Source: Octopus sinensis (taxonomy: Eukaryota). Taken from it: a stretch of 64,000 nucleotides of DNA. Numbering within the stretch: the first letter of the stretch is position 1; each line of letters starts with the position of its first letter. The position numbers were made by a program, and so were the translations under genes. The stretch spans positions 8,494,001 to 8,558,000 of the forward strand of contig NC_043020.1 of assembly GCF_006345805.1 (NCBI RefSeq). Reading direction: 5' to 3'. The notes beneath the pieces are model-generated. The model saw only the letters and a program-made list of their open reading frames with translations, ran no database searches and was not told where the DNA came from. Positions 49,479 to 62,602 of the stretch are shown here, piece by piece.

Positions 49479-51301
49479 ACTCACTCACAGAGACAATGAA
49501 AGACAGATATACACACATTTATACACGTAGACAATAGACAGACAAGAGAAGAAAGAATGGTAATACAGAGCACGAGCAAATAAGAAGAGGCATTCATGTG
49601 ACTTAAATGCAAACGCTGCCGGGATTGGAGTTGGTGTGATGTCACGAACGACCGCGTGCAAGCCGAGTGCCAGCATGGCATCACTTGTACGTGCAAATAT
49701 TGCTTCTTTTTTTTTTTTTTTAAATATATATTTGTTTTAACTTTATTTTTGTTTCATATTTTTGTTACAACCCCCCTCCCCACCAACCCACAACACACAC
49801 ACACAATCTTAACACTCACACTTTTTTTAGGCTTGTACTAATGACGAACTTACACGCTATTTACACGGCGTAGCCATTACTCCGCCACCGTGTAATGTGT
49901 GTACGTGACTTTGTGATTGTGTTTGTAGATGTGGAATCGTGTGCGTGTGTGTTTATTTGATCATAAACTAGCCAACTTTTTAAAATATGCTTTGAGTGCA
50001 AGTTTGTGTATATAATGATTGTTTGCGATGTGCGTAAATATAGAATTTGGTTGAAGTTTGTGAGGGTGTGTGTTTGTCATTCTATGAATGTATATTGCTT
50101 GCGTATATTCATAACAAGCAGACGATATAAACGTATGTATGTGAGAGTGTGTTTGCTTGTTTTCATAAAGAGATAAAAATAAATACAAATATAGCGTATA
50201 CATTTATATATTTTTAAAGAAAAAATCTTTGTATGGTCTGAATGGGCAGTGGTAAAAATGTGAGTGTGATAGAGAGAAGAGACAAAAAAATATCTCCGTT
50301 TTCATAATGAGCAAACGGACAATGAAAGAAATATTTGACTGAGAAGGACTGCATTGTCGAACGTAATACATGTCTGAATAACGGAAAGGTAGTTAGAAGC
50401 ATATTTTTCATGGACAAATTGATTTTTAAGTCTATTGTAAACTCTCAACAACAAGTGAAGCAATTTCCAAACGGTTCTGAGCTTCATAACCAACGTTGCT
50501 GATATATTTTCAAAGCATTTGTCGTTGATGGTTTCTGTTTTTTATTAATCATTATATATCAAGCAATGGCGATTCTAGAACGAACTTCATAATTTTTGGA
50601 GTGATAAAAAAAAAAGTGCAATTGATTTATATTTAGATATTAAACACATTAGAAATTTAAGTGCATGAATGTATGTTTATATATACACACAAAAACTGGC
50701 GATAACTATGTATTTATCCCATATAAATACGATAAAATTGTCAGTAAGCCGATTGCTTGATTTTACATTACATAAATAGGCGCCATTTATCAATATGGAT
50801 GCCTCTCTCTCTTATGACAACGCTGGTCTTTTGCTTTCTGGAAATGCAAGTTGTGAAGTAGATACAGAACCAGATTCGCCGAAAGCTTACCGCCCATTCT
50901 ATAGCAATCATTATATGGGTATTATTACCTTTTTTAATGAGTGCGCGTTATCCACCTACACACGAAGACATATAACCTATAAACTGCAATCCTACACAAA
51001 TTGTGGGGATATTTTTTTTTTCAGAGTCCAAGCATTTCACGATGTATTTGTTTTCCACATATATATATTTTTTTGTTCAGTTGATTTTTTTTTAATTATT
51101 CCTGACATTTTTTCTAATAAAAGACCAGGAACTCACAAAAAGTGGATTCTGGTGATGGCTAATTTTTCATCTGTTTTCTTGTTCCTTTTTCTTTTCTTGG
51201 TTATATATATATATATACGATGCATAGTTTATATATGTACACTGGATTGTTTCTCATATTATTTATTCATATACTACCTCTATATTTGTGTGCGTGTGTG
51301 T

Positions 51302-51332
<31 letters not shown>

Positions 51333-51542
51333 ATTTCAGTAGTGATCGCCATAAGCTTTACGCTTATATAAAAATACCATTTATATATATATATATCAAA
51401 AACAGAATACAAAGGATGTTGCGGTACACGTGTTTCAAGCTTTATAAACGACCTATTCTTACATCAGTGTATAATAGATATAAAGGATGGTTTAAAGCTA
51501 TATATATATATATATATATGGTAGCTAACAGTTATTATCGAT

Positions 51543-52347
51543 GTACTCTTACTTGTTTCAGTCATTTGACTGCGGCCATGCTGGAGCACCGCCTTTAGTC
51601 GAGCAAATCGACCCCAGGACTTATTCTTTGTAAGCCTAGTACTTATTCTATCGGTCTCTTTTTGCTGAACCGCTAAGTGACGAGACGTAAACACACCAGC
51701 ATCGGTTGTCAAGCGATGTTGGGAGGAAAAACACATTCATGCATATATACGATGGGCTTCTTTCAGTTTCCGCCTACCAAATCCACTCACAGGGCATTGG
51801 TCGGCCCGAAGCTATAATAGAAGACACTTGCCCAAGATTCCACGCAGTGGGCTGAACCCAGAACCATGTGGTTGATAAGCAAGCCACTCCTGCGCCTGAA
51901 GCAATTGCTGTGAGATGTGATTAAAGCCTGTTCGTTCCACCTCGCTTTATAAATTCATATACTCTTTTACTTGTTTCAGTCATTTGACTGCGGCCATGCT
52001 GAAGCACCGCCTTTAGTCGAGCAAATCGACCCCGGGACTTATTCTTTGTAAGCCCAGTACTTATTCTATCGGTCTCTTTTGCCGAACCGCTAAGTGACGG
52101 GGACGTAAACACACCAGCATCGGTTGTCAAGCAATGCTAGGGGGACAAACACAGACACACAAACATATACACACACACATATATAACGACAGCTTCTTTC
52201 AGTTTCCGTCTACCAAATCCACTCACAAGGCATTGGTCGGCCCGGGGCTATAGCAGAAGACACTTGCCCAAGATTCCACGCAGTGGGACTGAACCCGGCA
52301 CCATGTGGTTGGTTAGCAAGCTACTTACCACACAGCCACTCCTGCGC
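51543..52347 (-). mobile_element. Two adjacent SINE family A copies (51543-51897, 51960-52347)
   Basis: Reverse-complement matches. The first has a deletion in its head. Confidence 0.9.
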
Positions 52348-52706
52348 TTGTATATATGTATATATTTACACACATTCACTTGCTGGCTTCTGATATTATT
52401 AATAATTCATTCTTATTCTGCAGATTTTGTTAAATAAAGAAACAACGACGAATGATTTATTCTGGAAATCAACTAACATAATAAGAACAGAGAGACTCGG
52501 TCATCACACTAACGAACTCTCCTCCTATATGGAAAGGTTCTAAACCAGACATGGGCAAGTTGCGGCCTGCAGAACTTCTTGAATTGTTTTTAGGAGTGTT
52601 GCTTGCCTGTCACGTCTCATGCGGGCCTTTGTCGAGAATGGTTGTCCTTACCTGTTTTAAACAAGCCAAAGTGACTATCCTTTTATTGTCAAACCCGTAT
52701 ATTCTC

Positions 52707-52763
<57 letters not shown>

Positions 52764-52801
52764 CATACCGTATGCTATCAAATACGGTATGTGTGTATGT
52801 G

Positions 52802-52845
<44 letters not shown>

Positions 52846-53479
52846 GTTAGGAAGGGCATCAGGCTGGAGAAACCATACCAAAACAGACAGGGAGCCTGAA
52901 CAACCCCTCAGCTGGTCAGCTGTCAAACCGTCCAGCCCATACCAGCATGAAAAATGAACGTTAAATGATGATATATATATATATAGATAGATAGATAGAT
53001 GTGTGTGTATTTAAAGAGATTTGTTGTGTAAGGCCGGTACGATGCGAGAAGGTACAAAATAAACTACCAAATTCTTATACCACACATTGTTTCACCAAAA
53101 CTACCTCACTTTAATGTAGAGATATAGATAGATATACACACAAACACATGACATATATATGTATGTGGTGTGTATATATTGATATACACGTGAATGTATA
53201 CTATATATACATACGTCTAATCAATCGTTGTTTTGTATCAGATTAGAATTCGATATATTGAACCAGAGTTATTGAATATTGAGCTACTCGCATAGATTTA
53301 ACCGTTTCTTAATAATCCTCTCCGAATATTTTTGCCTGAACAAGACTGGAGTTGTTCGCTTTAAGAAACATGCCATCAATAAACCATGATAGCTGCCTGG
53401 AAGAAGAATTCCAAGGCCTCTGAAACTCGACTCCACAGTGTAAGGAAGAGCTACAAACACGACATTGTCTCCTGCAAAG

Positions 53480-53760
53480 GCGCTTGGCCGAGAGGTTAGG
53501 GTGTTTGCACGCACGGTCGTATGATCGTGGTTTCGATTCACTGGAACGGACGATTTGTTGTTTCCTTGCGCCACACACTTCGTTTCACGTTGCTCCTGTC
53601 CGCTCAGCTGACAAATGAGTTCCGGCAGTAGCTGGCAAGTTAACTCTGTGAATGACCACCGTCTTGTTCAGGTGGAGTGTTGTCATCTCGATTACTTAAA
53701 CGCCATGGAAACCGGGTTCTCCGGCTTCATGAGGTACCTGTGTCTTCCCCTCACTGGCGG
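53480..53760 (+). mobile_element. Old CORE-like SINE with a distinct tail
   Basis: tRNA-like head gcgcttggccgagaggttaggg...ggtttcgattcac, then ttgtttccttgcgccacacactt...gctcagctgacaaatgag. Confidence 0.6.
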
Positions 53761-53875
53761 TGAGGGAAGACACAAACGTGCGCGCGGGTCCGCCCCCCCC
53801 CCCATATATATATATCGTCAGTAAATCAGAAATCCGAAAGAGGAGCACACCGTAATTTATAGAGCAGTAAAGTAT

Positions 53876-54083
53876 TTAGATAAAGATAGTTATGGCCGGT
53901 TCATAGGGTTACCCAGGATTTCGCGTCCATAAAGCTTTTAGCTTTTCGTTGCCCTTAGCCCTTCTCCTTTTTCCGTGTATTCAACAATTAACCACGAGAT
54001 CTTTTCTTCTTCCACTTTGAAGACCATTAGGGTCTGATGAGACGCTGTAAAGCTAAGCATTTTATCGACATGAAACCCTGGGT
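53876..54083. ncRNA. Fold-back hammerhead element related to 37141-37317, cut by the gap
   Basis: Plus strand: agggt-CTGATGA (54034-54040)...GAAAC-cctgg-GT, then Ns. The left arm agttatggccggttcatagggttacccaggatttcgc aligns to the 37.2-kb arm. Confidence 0.7.
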
Positions 54084-54183
54084 NNNNNNNNNNNNNNNNN
54101 NNNNNNNNNNNNNNNNNNNNNNNNNNNNNNNNNNNNNNNNNNNNNNNNNNNNNNNNNNNNNNNNNNNNNNNNNNNNNNNNNNN
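54084..54183. other. Assembly gap (100 N)
   Basis: Run of N. Confidence 1.
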
Positions 54184-54367
54184 CCTTTCGGGTCGATAAT
54201 TAGTACCAGTTATGCACTGGGTTCGAAATTAGACTTCCGTTTGTCCTTATCCTTGTGTCTCCGTTTGTCTGTCCTTGTTTGTCTCCTCTGTGTTTAGCCC
54301 CTTGTGGGTAATAATGAAATAGATATCGTTAAACTTAGCGACCTTGTTCATCAAGGTAGGTAGTGGA

Positions 54368-54671
54368 TGGACACGCGTCGTTTGCGACGAGGAGTGGTTC
54401 AGTTTAATGATTGATTCGATCAGCGGAACCGCCTCCTCGTGAAGAAATTAATATGCAAATGGATGGGCACTCGGCCGACATGCGTATCCTTAACGCAGTT
54501 CTCAGTGTAACACAGAATGTTGACAAGGTACATTGAATTACTGGTACAGCTCATTTCTACAGCTGAGTGAACTGGAGCAACGTGATATAAAGTGTCTTGC
54601 TCAAAGACCGGGTATCGAACCCATGAGCTTACGATCTTGAGCCAAACAGGCTAACCACGAAGCCAGTCACC
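54368..54671 (-). mobile_element. Chimeric SINE: family D (CORE-like) head plus family C tail
   Basis: The minus strand reads ttgagcaagacacttt...ctcagctgtagaaatgag, then gagaactgcgttaagg...cacgaggaggcggttccgctgatc. Confidence 0.7.
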
Positions 54672-54989
54672 TTCACCAGTAGTGGCAGAACATGCTTGTA
54701 CACCAGCGGAGAGCAGGCACCAAGCGTAACATTTGACCCTATCAAAACTTGGCCTAACGAGCAGCCTGCGGTATACACCCCGCTTGGATATTCACCACAT
54801 CCGAGGTTCCGCTTGCTATGAAACATATGTAGCCCGGATTTTACCTTCTCCGTTCCTTAACTCTTGTATTTTTATTCTCATACCCAGCCACCCTAGTGCT
54901 TTTTTTTGTTGTAAATTCTCACTATATATATACGTATGTATGTGTAGAAGATAGATAGATAGAGAGAAAAGGAGGAGAAAAGTGGAATG

Positions 54990-55437
54990 ATGACACCTTC
55001 TTCTCTGGGCCGGAAGGTTCTTAATATCCAGGAGCTCATCCTACGAGCTATATCGACCTTATTGTTGATGTGGGCACTCCAAGTGAGATTGTTATCAACA
55101 GTTACACCCAGGTCTCTGATATATTAGCGGTTTCCCTGAATGAAGAGAGTATGGTTGTTTTAGTATTATAGACTTTCTTCCAAAATGCCTCAGCTCAAAT
55201 TTTCCCTCGTTCAGTTGCATTTTGTTTCTGTCTGCCCATTGACTCACAGCATATAGATCAGACTGGAGTTGAGTTCGGTCCGCTTCTTCATTGACGATTT
55301 GCTGGAGCTTAGTGTCATCAGCAAATATTTTCACTTTGCAGTGATGTACGACACTGGAAAGGTCATTTATGTAAATTATAAAGAGGAGCGGGCCCAAGAC
55401 AGTTCCCTGGGGGACACCGCTGGTGACTTTTGCTGAC
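54990..55437 (-). mobile_element. CR1/L2-like LINE reverse transcriptase fragment
   Basis: SGVPQGTVLGPLLFIIYINDL..FADDTK, then after a frameshift RDLGVTVDNNLTWSAHINNKV..ILRTF. Confidence 0.9.
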
Positions 55438-55439
55438 TT

Positions 55440-55617
55440 AGGCGCAGGAGTGGCTATGTAGTAAGTAGTTTGCTTACCAACCACATAGTTCTGGGTTCAA
55501 TTCCACTGCGTGGCACCTTCAGCAAGTGTCTTCTACTCTTCCCTAGAGCCGATCACAGCCTTGTGAGTGGATTTGGTAGACGGAAACTGAAAGAAGCCCG
55601 TCGTATATATATATGTA

Positions 55618-55654
<37 letters not shown>

Positions 55655-55870
55655 TTGTGTGTCTGTGTCTGTCCCCCAACATCACTTGACAACCGATGCT
55701 GGTGTGTTTACATCCCCATAACTTAGCGGTTCGGCAAAAGAGACCGATAGAATAAGTACTAGGCTTACAAAGAATAAGTCCTGGGGTCGATTTGCTCGAC
55801 TAAAGGCGAAGCTCCAGCATGGCAACAGTCAAATGACTGAAACAAGTAAAAGAGTAAAAGAGTAAAAGAG
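55440..55870 (+). mobile_element. SINE family A
   Basis: Full length with a (gtaaaaga)n tail. Confidence 0.92.
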
Positions 55871-56185
55871 TATATATATATATATATATATATATAGTGT
55901 GTGTGTTTGTACACTATGACCACTTTACAACTGTTGTTGGTTTGTTTAATGGGCAAAAGAATAAAATGTTCGACAGAATCACACTTAAAAAAAATAATAA
56001 ATAAATACTGGGGTCGATTTGTTCGACTTTAAACCCTTTATGCTCAAGCATGGCCGCAGCCAAATTACCATCTGAAAAAAAAGTACGCTACACCTGCGCA
56101 CGCGCACACAGCACACGCGTATAATACACACGCGCACACATACACACACGCACACACTCACACACAACACACATATACACAAACA

Positions 56186-56220
<35 letters not shown>

Positions 56221-56524
56221 AGAAGTCGTCGTCTGCTGAATGAAGAGAGAGGAAAAGAAAACGGATCCAAAGACTGACAGCTGTATGTAACGATCTGATG
56301 TCGCTAATGTTTTCAAGGCCACTGAACCAGTCAAGGAAGTAAGTCTCTGAAATCCATACTCCCTGCTGGGATCTCAGCATAAAAGCTTCCTTCACGCCTC
56401 ACCCTAAAAGGCTCTCTCGTTAGTTTTAACCAAATCAGTGCCCATCGAACAGGGTTCAAATCCAATCCCTTCCAAGCAATAAAAAAGCTTCTTTTTTTTT
56501 TTAAATTTCAACATTGTCTATATA

Positions 56525-56939
56525 TACTCTCTTACTCTTTTTGTTTCAGTCATTTGACTGCGGCCATGCTGGAGCACCGCCTTTTAGTCGAATACATTGA
56601 CCCCAGGACCTATTCTTTGTAAGCCTAGTACTTATTCTATCGGTGTCTTTTGCCGAACCGCTAAGTTACGGGGACGTAAACACACCAGCATCGGTTGTCA
56701 AGCGATGTTGGGAGGACAAACGGACACACAATCACAGACACACAAACACACACACACATATATATGCATTATATACGATGGGCTTCTTTCAGTTTCCGCC
56801 TACCAAATCCACTCACAAGGCATTGGTCGGCCCAAGGCTATAGTAGAAGACACTTGCCCAAGGTGCCATGCAGTGGGACTGAACCCGGAACTATGTGGTT
56901 GGTAAGCAAGCTACTTACCGCACAGCCACTCCTGCGCCT
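56525..56939 (-). mobile_element. SINE family A
   Basis: Full-length reverse-complement match. Confidence 0.92.
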
Positions 56940-57133
56940 ATATATAATAACTAAATCATTTCGTCAAAACTAGAGGCCCTGTCCCTAACCGACTTTCTTT
57001 CTCAAAAAATTTCTCTAAAATACGTAGTTTTTAATGAAAACGTTTTCAGAGAAATGTTTTAGTAGGTCATAGATTACGATGATTATGATAACATTTTTAA
57101 ATATCTGGTTTATTATATAATACAAATATGAAT

Positions 57134-57465
57134 AGGCACAGGAGTGGCTGTGTGGTAAGTAGCTTGCTCACCAACCACATGGTTCCGGGTTTAGCAGACG
57201 TAAACTGGAAGAATTTCGCCGTATATATATATGTATATATATATATCTATATATATATATATATGGGGGGGGGGGTATGTGTGTGTGGGGGGGACGTGTA
57301 TGTGTGTGTGTGTGTCTGTGTTTATCCCTCTACCATCGCTTGACAACCGATGTTGGTGTGTTTATGCCTTCGTAACTTAGCGGTTCGGCAAAAGACACCG
57401 ATAGAATAAGTACTAGGCTTACAAAGAATAAGTTCAGTCAAATGACTGAAACAAAGAAAAGAAGA
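57134..57465 (+). mobile_element. SINE family A with internal deletions
   Basis: The head and the second half match family A. Confidence 0.8.
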
Positions 57466-57493
57466 AAAGAATAGTAGAAAAGAATATAATTAT

Positions 57494-57539
<46 letters not shown>

Positions 57540-57695
57540 CTCTTTTACTCGTTTCAGTCATTTGACTGCGGCGATGCTGGAGCACCGCTTTTAATCGAGC
57601 CAATCGACCCCGGGACTTATTCTTTTGTAAGCCCAGTACTTATTCTATCGGTCTATTTTGCCGAACTGCTAAGTGACGGGGAAACAATGTGCCAT

Positions 57696-57805
57696 GCTTA
57701 CAGCGCCTAGGTTTCCCAAGCAGTCACCCATCTAAGTACTAACTAGGCTCGACGTTGCTTAACTTCGTTGATCAGACGAGAACCGGTGCTTTCAACGTGA
57801 TATGG
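57696..57805 (-). pseudogene. 5S rRNA pseudogene (lacks ~8 nt at the 5' end)
   Basis: The minus strand reads ccatatcacgttgaaagcaccggttctcgtctgatcaacgaagttaagcaacgtcgagcctagttagtacttagatgggtgactgcttgggaaacctaggcgctgtaagc. This is co-linear with metazoan 5S rRNA and is a single dispersed copy. Confidence 0.92.
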
Positions 57806-59403
57806 AGGCGCAGGAATGGCTGTATGGTAAGTACCTTGCTTACCAACCACATGCTTCCGGGTTCAGTTCCGCTGCTAAGCATTTCGTCCAGCGTGCTACC
57901 AATTCTGCCAGCTCGCCACCTTCTTTTCGCACATAATAATAAAGAAGTATATTTTGTCTTTTCCTTGGCTCAGTGACTGTACTGCGGCCAAGCTGGAGCA
58001 CTGCCTTATAAGGTTTTAGTCGAACAAATCGATTCCAGTACTTCTTTATAAGTCTGGTACTAATTCTATCGTTTTCTTTTTCCGGAGAGTAAAGTTAGGA
58101 GGTTGGGACATAAACAACCCAATACCGGTTGTCGAGTAGGGAGGCATGCAGAAACACTCAGACACACGCATACGTATATATATATATATTCATTTTTAGG
58201 AACGATGAATCTCGAAGCAGATAAAGCTATAAATAACAGCGTGTAAATATATATATTGAGTTAAAAAAGCCTTTGGATAGGAAAAGTCGAATGTAGGTGG
58301 TATGTTTGCGATGGGCTTCCACACAGTTTCCGTCTGTCAAATTCACTCACAGGCATTGGTTAACCCGGGGTTATAACAAAAAACTCTTGCCCGAGTGGCA
58401 CGCAGTGGGACTGAACCTAAAACCACGTAGTTGCTAAGCGAGCTCCTTACCCACACAGCCATTGAACCATGAAAGCGTTAGCATTGGACTTTGGGAGTCC
58501 CACAAAGATTTCTTTCCAAAGAATTTTCCCGAATAAAAGAAGGTGGAAAGGAACAGGTGGAAATTTTGTCGGTGAACAGGTCGCGGTTTGAAAGCGACGA
58601 AAATATTTTGACACAAATTAAATTTAAATGTTGAGGTGAATCTAACAGTTTTTGTGTGTTCCTAAATGGCTTAGAAACACCTTCCACGCTGTAACTTTTT
58701 AAGAAAGTTATAGAGAAACGATTCGTGGCGGCGAAAAGATGGATGCTGGGGACACTCTTGTCGTTATGGCAACGTCCCTTGGCGGTGCCTTGGTAGAGTC
58801 GATAAAGATGTCAGAAAGAATGCTTCGTGCTAATCGTTCCGACACACTACGCTCAGAACGAATTTGAACTCAGAACGTAGCGGCAGACGAAACACCGCTA
58901 AGCATTTAGCCCAGTAAGCGTAAGCTAAAGTTTCTGCTAGCTCGCCGCCTTAAGGAAAGGTTATACCTTCAAAGGCGTTTGCAAGTGACGGCTAAGGCTT
59001 CTTTAGAGCTAAAAATTACATTATTCAATAAAATATTCCTTTTCCTTAAGCTATAGTGTGTAAAAGTTTGAGGAGTTTTGGTGATTATTTCAATAAAACA
59101 TAATCGAGTCGCTCTATTTTCAAAGCTGGAACCAATCGTACAAAAATATTGTTTGTGATTTGATTAGCATAAACTAATTTTCTAAATTTTCACTAAATTG
59201 TTTCATCCTCGCTATATTTTTTTTTGTCCCTCTGTCTTGCTCATCGTTTTTCAAACTGTGGGTCCCGACCCTTCAATCGGCCGCGACAAAAAAAAAAAAA
59301 GAAGAAAGGAATGCAAGTGGGAGCAAAGTGCAGAATATAACCCAGCGTTTTTCAAATTGTGGGTCCCGACAAAAAAGTTTGGAAAACGCTGATGTAGCTA
59401 ATG

Positions 59404-59618
59404 CCTATTTCTTTACTACCCACAGGGGCTAAACACAAAGGACAGACAAAGAGATTAAGTCGATTATATCGACCCCAGTGCGTAACTGGTACTTATTTAA
59501 TCGACCCCGAAAGGATGAAAGGCAAAGTCGACCTCGGCGGAATTTGAACTCAGAACGTAACGGCAGACGAAATACCGATATGCATTTCGCCCGGCGTGCT
59601 AACGTTTCTGCCAGCTCG
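59404..59618 (-). mobile_element. SINE family B
   Basis: Reverse complement of the 60737-60968 type. A head fragment also lies at 58861-58952. Confidence 0.9.
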
Positions 59619-59773
59619 ATGTAGCTAATACCCTGTGCGCTATACACTTGGAAATTTCGACAATTATCTACAAATTTGTGATCTTTCGCAGTCATCTCCC
59701 TTCCATTCCAAGGACGGATAACTCTGTTTGAGTGCTGTCTTGTAGACAACACACAAACGCAGAGAAGCGATTA

Positions 59774-60161
59774 TCTTTATATATAAAAGTGAAGTTGTGT
59801 GTCTGTCTCCTACGATTTTGATTCCTAACTACTCCCACATTTTGCGGTGCAGTTTAACCAAAACCGGGTATCTTATAGTCGTGATTCATATCAAGCCCTT
59901 CTGGGTATTAGCGCGCGTCTACGATGAGTCTACGATTTTTAAAATAATTTACCATCGTTTTTTTCCATTTTAATGCATTTTTTCGCTATTATATAAGGGA
60001 AGTAACTCTCTAAAAATGTCTACGATGAGTCAACGATTTTAAAAAAAATTTACCATCATTTTTTTCCCATTTTTAATGCATTTTTTTGGCTATAACTCTC
60101 TAAAAATGCTTATATAGTTATTTCCCTTACAAATCCGAGCAACGCCGGGCGATACTGCTAG
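59774..60161 (+). mobile_element. Non-autonomous Helitron
   Basis: A|TC start, ccgagcaacgccgg hairpin, CTAG|T end. Same family as 10372-10770. Confidence 0.88.
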
Positions 60162-60315
60162 TTTAGTTATAAAAATATAATCAAATTTTTTTAAACATCA
60201 AAAGAGTATAAGGGTTCATTTGAGTAAAACAGGAATCAAAAGGATTGAGAAACACTGGACTGATCCTTTCCCTTAAAACTGTTGGATTTGCACAGAAATC
60301 AGAAGAAGAAGAAAA

Positions 60316-60357
<42 letters not shown>

Positions 60358-60388
60358 CACCACCACCACCACCACCACCACCACAAAA

Positions 60389-61030
60389 GTTAGCACACCA
60401 GGCAAAATGCTTAGCAGCGTTTCGCCCATCTTAATGTTCTGAGTTCAAATTCTGCCAAGGTAGACTTTGCCTTTCATCCTTTCAGGGTCGATAAATGAAG
60501 TACCAGTGAAACACTGGGGTTAACGTGATCAAATAGTCTCCACCCCCAAAATTTCAGGCCTTGTGCCTTTAGTAGAAAGGATCATCATTATTAAGGTGGT
60601 GAGCTGACAGAATGGTCAGCGTGCCAGACAAAATGCTTAGTGGCATTTCATCCATCTTTACGTTCGGAGTTCAAATTCTGGCAGGGTCAACTTTGCCTTT
60701 CATCCGTTCGGGGTTGATGAAAATGGTACCATTTGAGTGCGAGCTGGCAGAAGCGTTAGCACGCCAAGCAAAATGCTTTGCGGTATTTCGTCTGCCGTTA
60801 CGTTGTGAGTTCAAATTCCGCCGAGGTCGACTTTGCCTTTCATCCTTTCGGGGTCGATAAATTAAGCACCAGTTACGCACTGGGGTCGATGTAATCGACT
60901 TAATACCTATGTCTGTCTTTGTTTGTCCCCTCTATGTTTAGCCCCTTGTGGGTAATAAAGAAATAGGTACCAGTTGAGTGCTGGGATCGATTTAATAAAC
61001 TATCCCCTCCCACCAAATTCCAGACCTTGT
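60389..61030 (+). mobile_element. Head-to-tail chain of family B SINE variants
   Basis: Successive B heads and bodies with two tail types (aaatttcaggccttgtgcc and gccccttgtgggtaataaagaaataggta). Confidence 0.85.
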
Positions 61031-61864
61031 GGAATTATTAATTTTTTAAATTTTGGTCATTTGGTTTGCTAGAAATAGGAGCAAAATCGCCCTCAAACTG
61101 TACCTGAATGTCTTAAGGGAAAAAGAAACAATTGGATAATGTAGATGTACGTGCTATTGAAAATAAAGAATGGTGATAATTGGAATACCTTTGATCAAAG
61201 CATTGTAAGATCAGGGCTAACCTGGGCCCAAACGACAAATGAGACATGCATACATACAATAAGGATAAATGAGATCACAAAAGGATATATTAATTACAAA
61301 AATGTATTTAATTACTGAAGCTCTGTAATCATATATATATACATACAAACATACATACATATATATATTTATTTATATCTATATATATATCTGTGTGTAT
61401 ATATATACATTCATATATAAATCATACTATAAATATATATATTCAAAATCGTGTCGTCCAGGTTATTTGTTAAGGCTTGTCTGTTCGTCCTCCAACATTT
61501 ACATACGATTAGGTCCATCGTTAGCAGCATTCATTTACAAACCCCTTAACAGAATCAGTACCAATCTTTGGCTATCTGGTGCACCACCACCATCGCCACC
61601 ACAACCACACCCACCGCCGTGTCCTGGGACAAATTGGGACCTTTGCTAGATGTGAGTAGGATGTATACATATGAACATTGCAGTTTTCTACACGATGTAA
61701 CCACGGTAACAGCAGAGGCAGATTAACAGTGAAGCGGTACCATTTTGTATAGCAATGTTTCCTGCCATTGGTGGTGGTGTAGGTTGTGGTGGCAGTGTTA
61801 GTGTTGGTGACAGCAATGCTAAATCAGCAGCAGTGGTGGTGGTCATATTGAGGAGTGGCCTGAG

Positions 61865-61941
61865 CTAACTCAACATTTCCAGGCTGGCTTTCGCTCGTTC
61901 CATCTCGTGAAGGAATGAATAGAATTGCTGAAGACTGAGCT
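61865..61941 (-). CDS. COMMD7: COMM domain-containing protein 7, terminal coding exon
   Basis: Acceptor ttttttttctgtttctttgcag|AG, then (E)LSLQQFYSFLHEMERAKASLEMLS*. This resembles the recalled vertebrate COMMD7 C-terminus ELTLPQFYSFLHEMERVRTSMECFC. No upstream exons were seen in the window. Confidence 0.88.
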
Positions 61942-62602
61942 CTGCAAAGAAACAGAAAAAAAAGATTCAATGAGGCTGCAATGGTAACAACAACAACAAG
62001 AAACCTGTATGATTACACAAGGCGTTCATAAATGAAGTACCAGTGAAACACTGGGGTCAACGTTATAAAGGGAACTGGTTGCTTCTTTACACTTTTGGGG
62101 TGCAACTTGGGTGCAACACAATTTCCTTTCTTTTTGTTTCTAGAAACTACCAGTCAGGAATGAAAAGCAAGTTAAAAAATATATACAATTCTTTATTCTC
62201 TTGGTTCAACAATGAAACACGATGGTATGCTGGTATCCACCTAGTTCAACGCAGCAAGGCTGAATTCAAACGTTTGTTAGCTTTACAACAATTCAGCAGC
62301 AACAGAACAGGTCAAATCCTAAGCGTCTGGGACAGGAGAATAGGCTGATCACAGGTTTCAAAATATACGTCCTTTCTCTTCTATCGCCGTGTCTCAAGTC
62401 CCCGAACGCTATTAAGGAACGCTATGGAATTTATTCTTCAGTCTCTAGTGCATGTGCATGAGGGAACTTCCTTATGCCTTTCCAGAAGGTTCCAGAAGGC
62501 TCCAACCCCGCACACACACACTGAAGAAGGACGTTCCGCACACGCACACTGAAGAATGACATTGCGTGTGCGCACACTGGAATATGACGTCACTACAACG
62601 TG

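Noticed and set aside
50795-51598. 267-aa ORF
   Set aside because: AT-rich, runs through microsatellites and a SINE tail, and has no recognisable domain.
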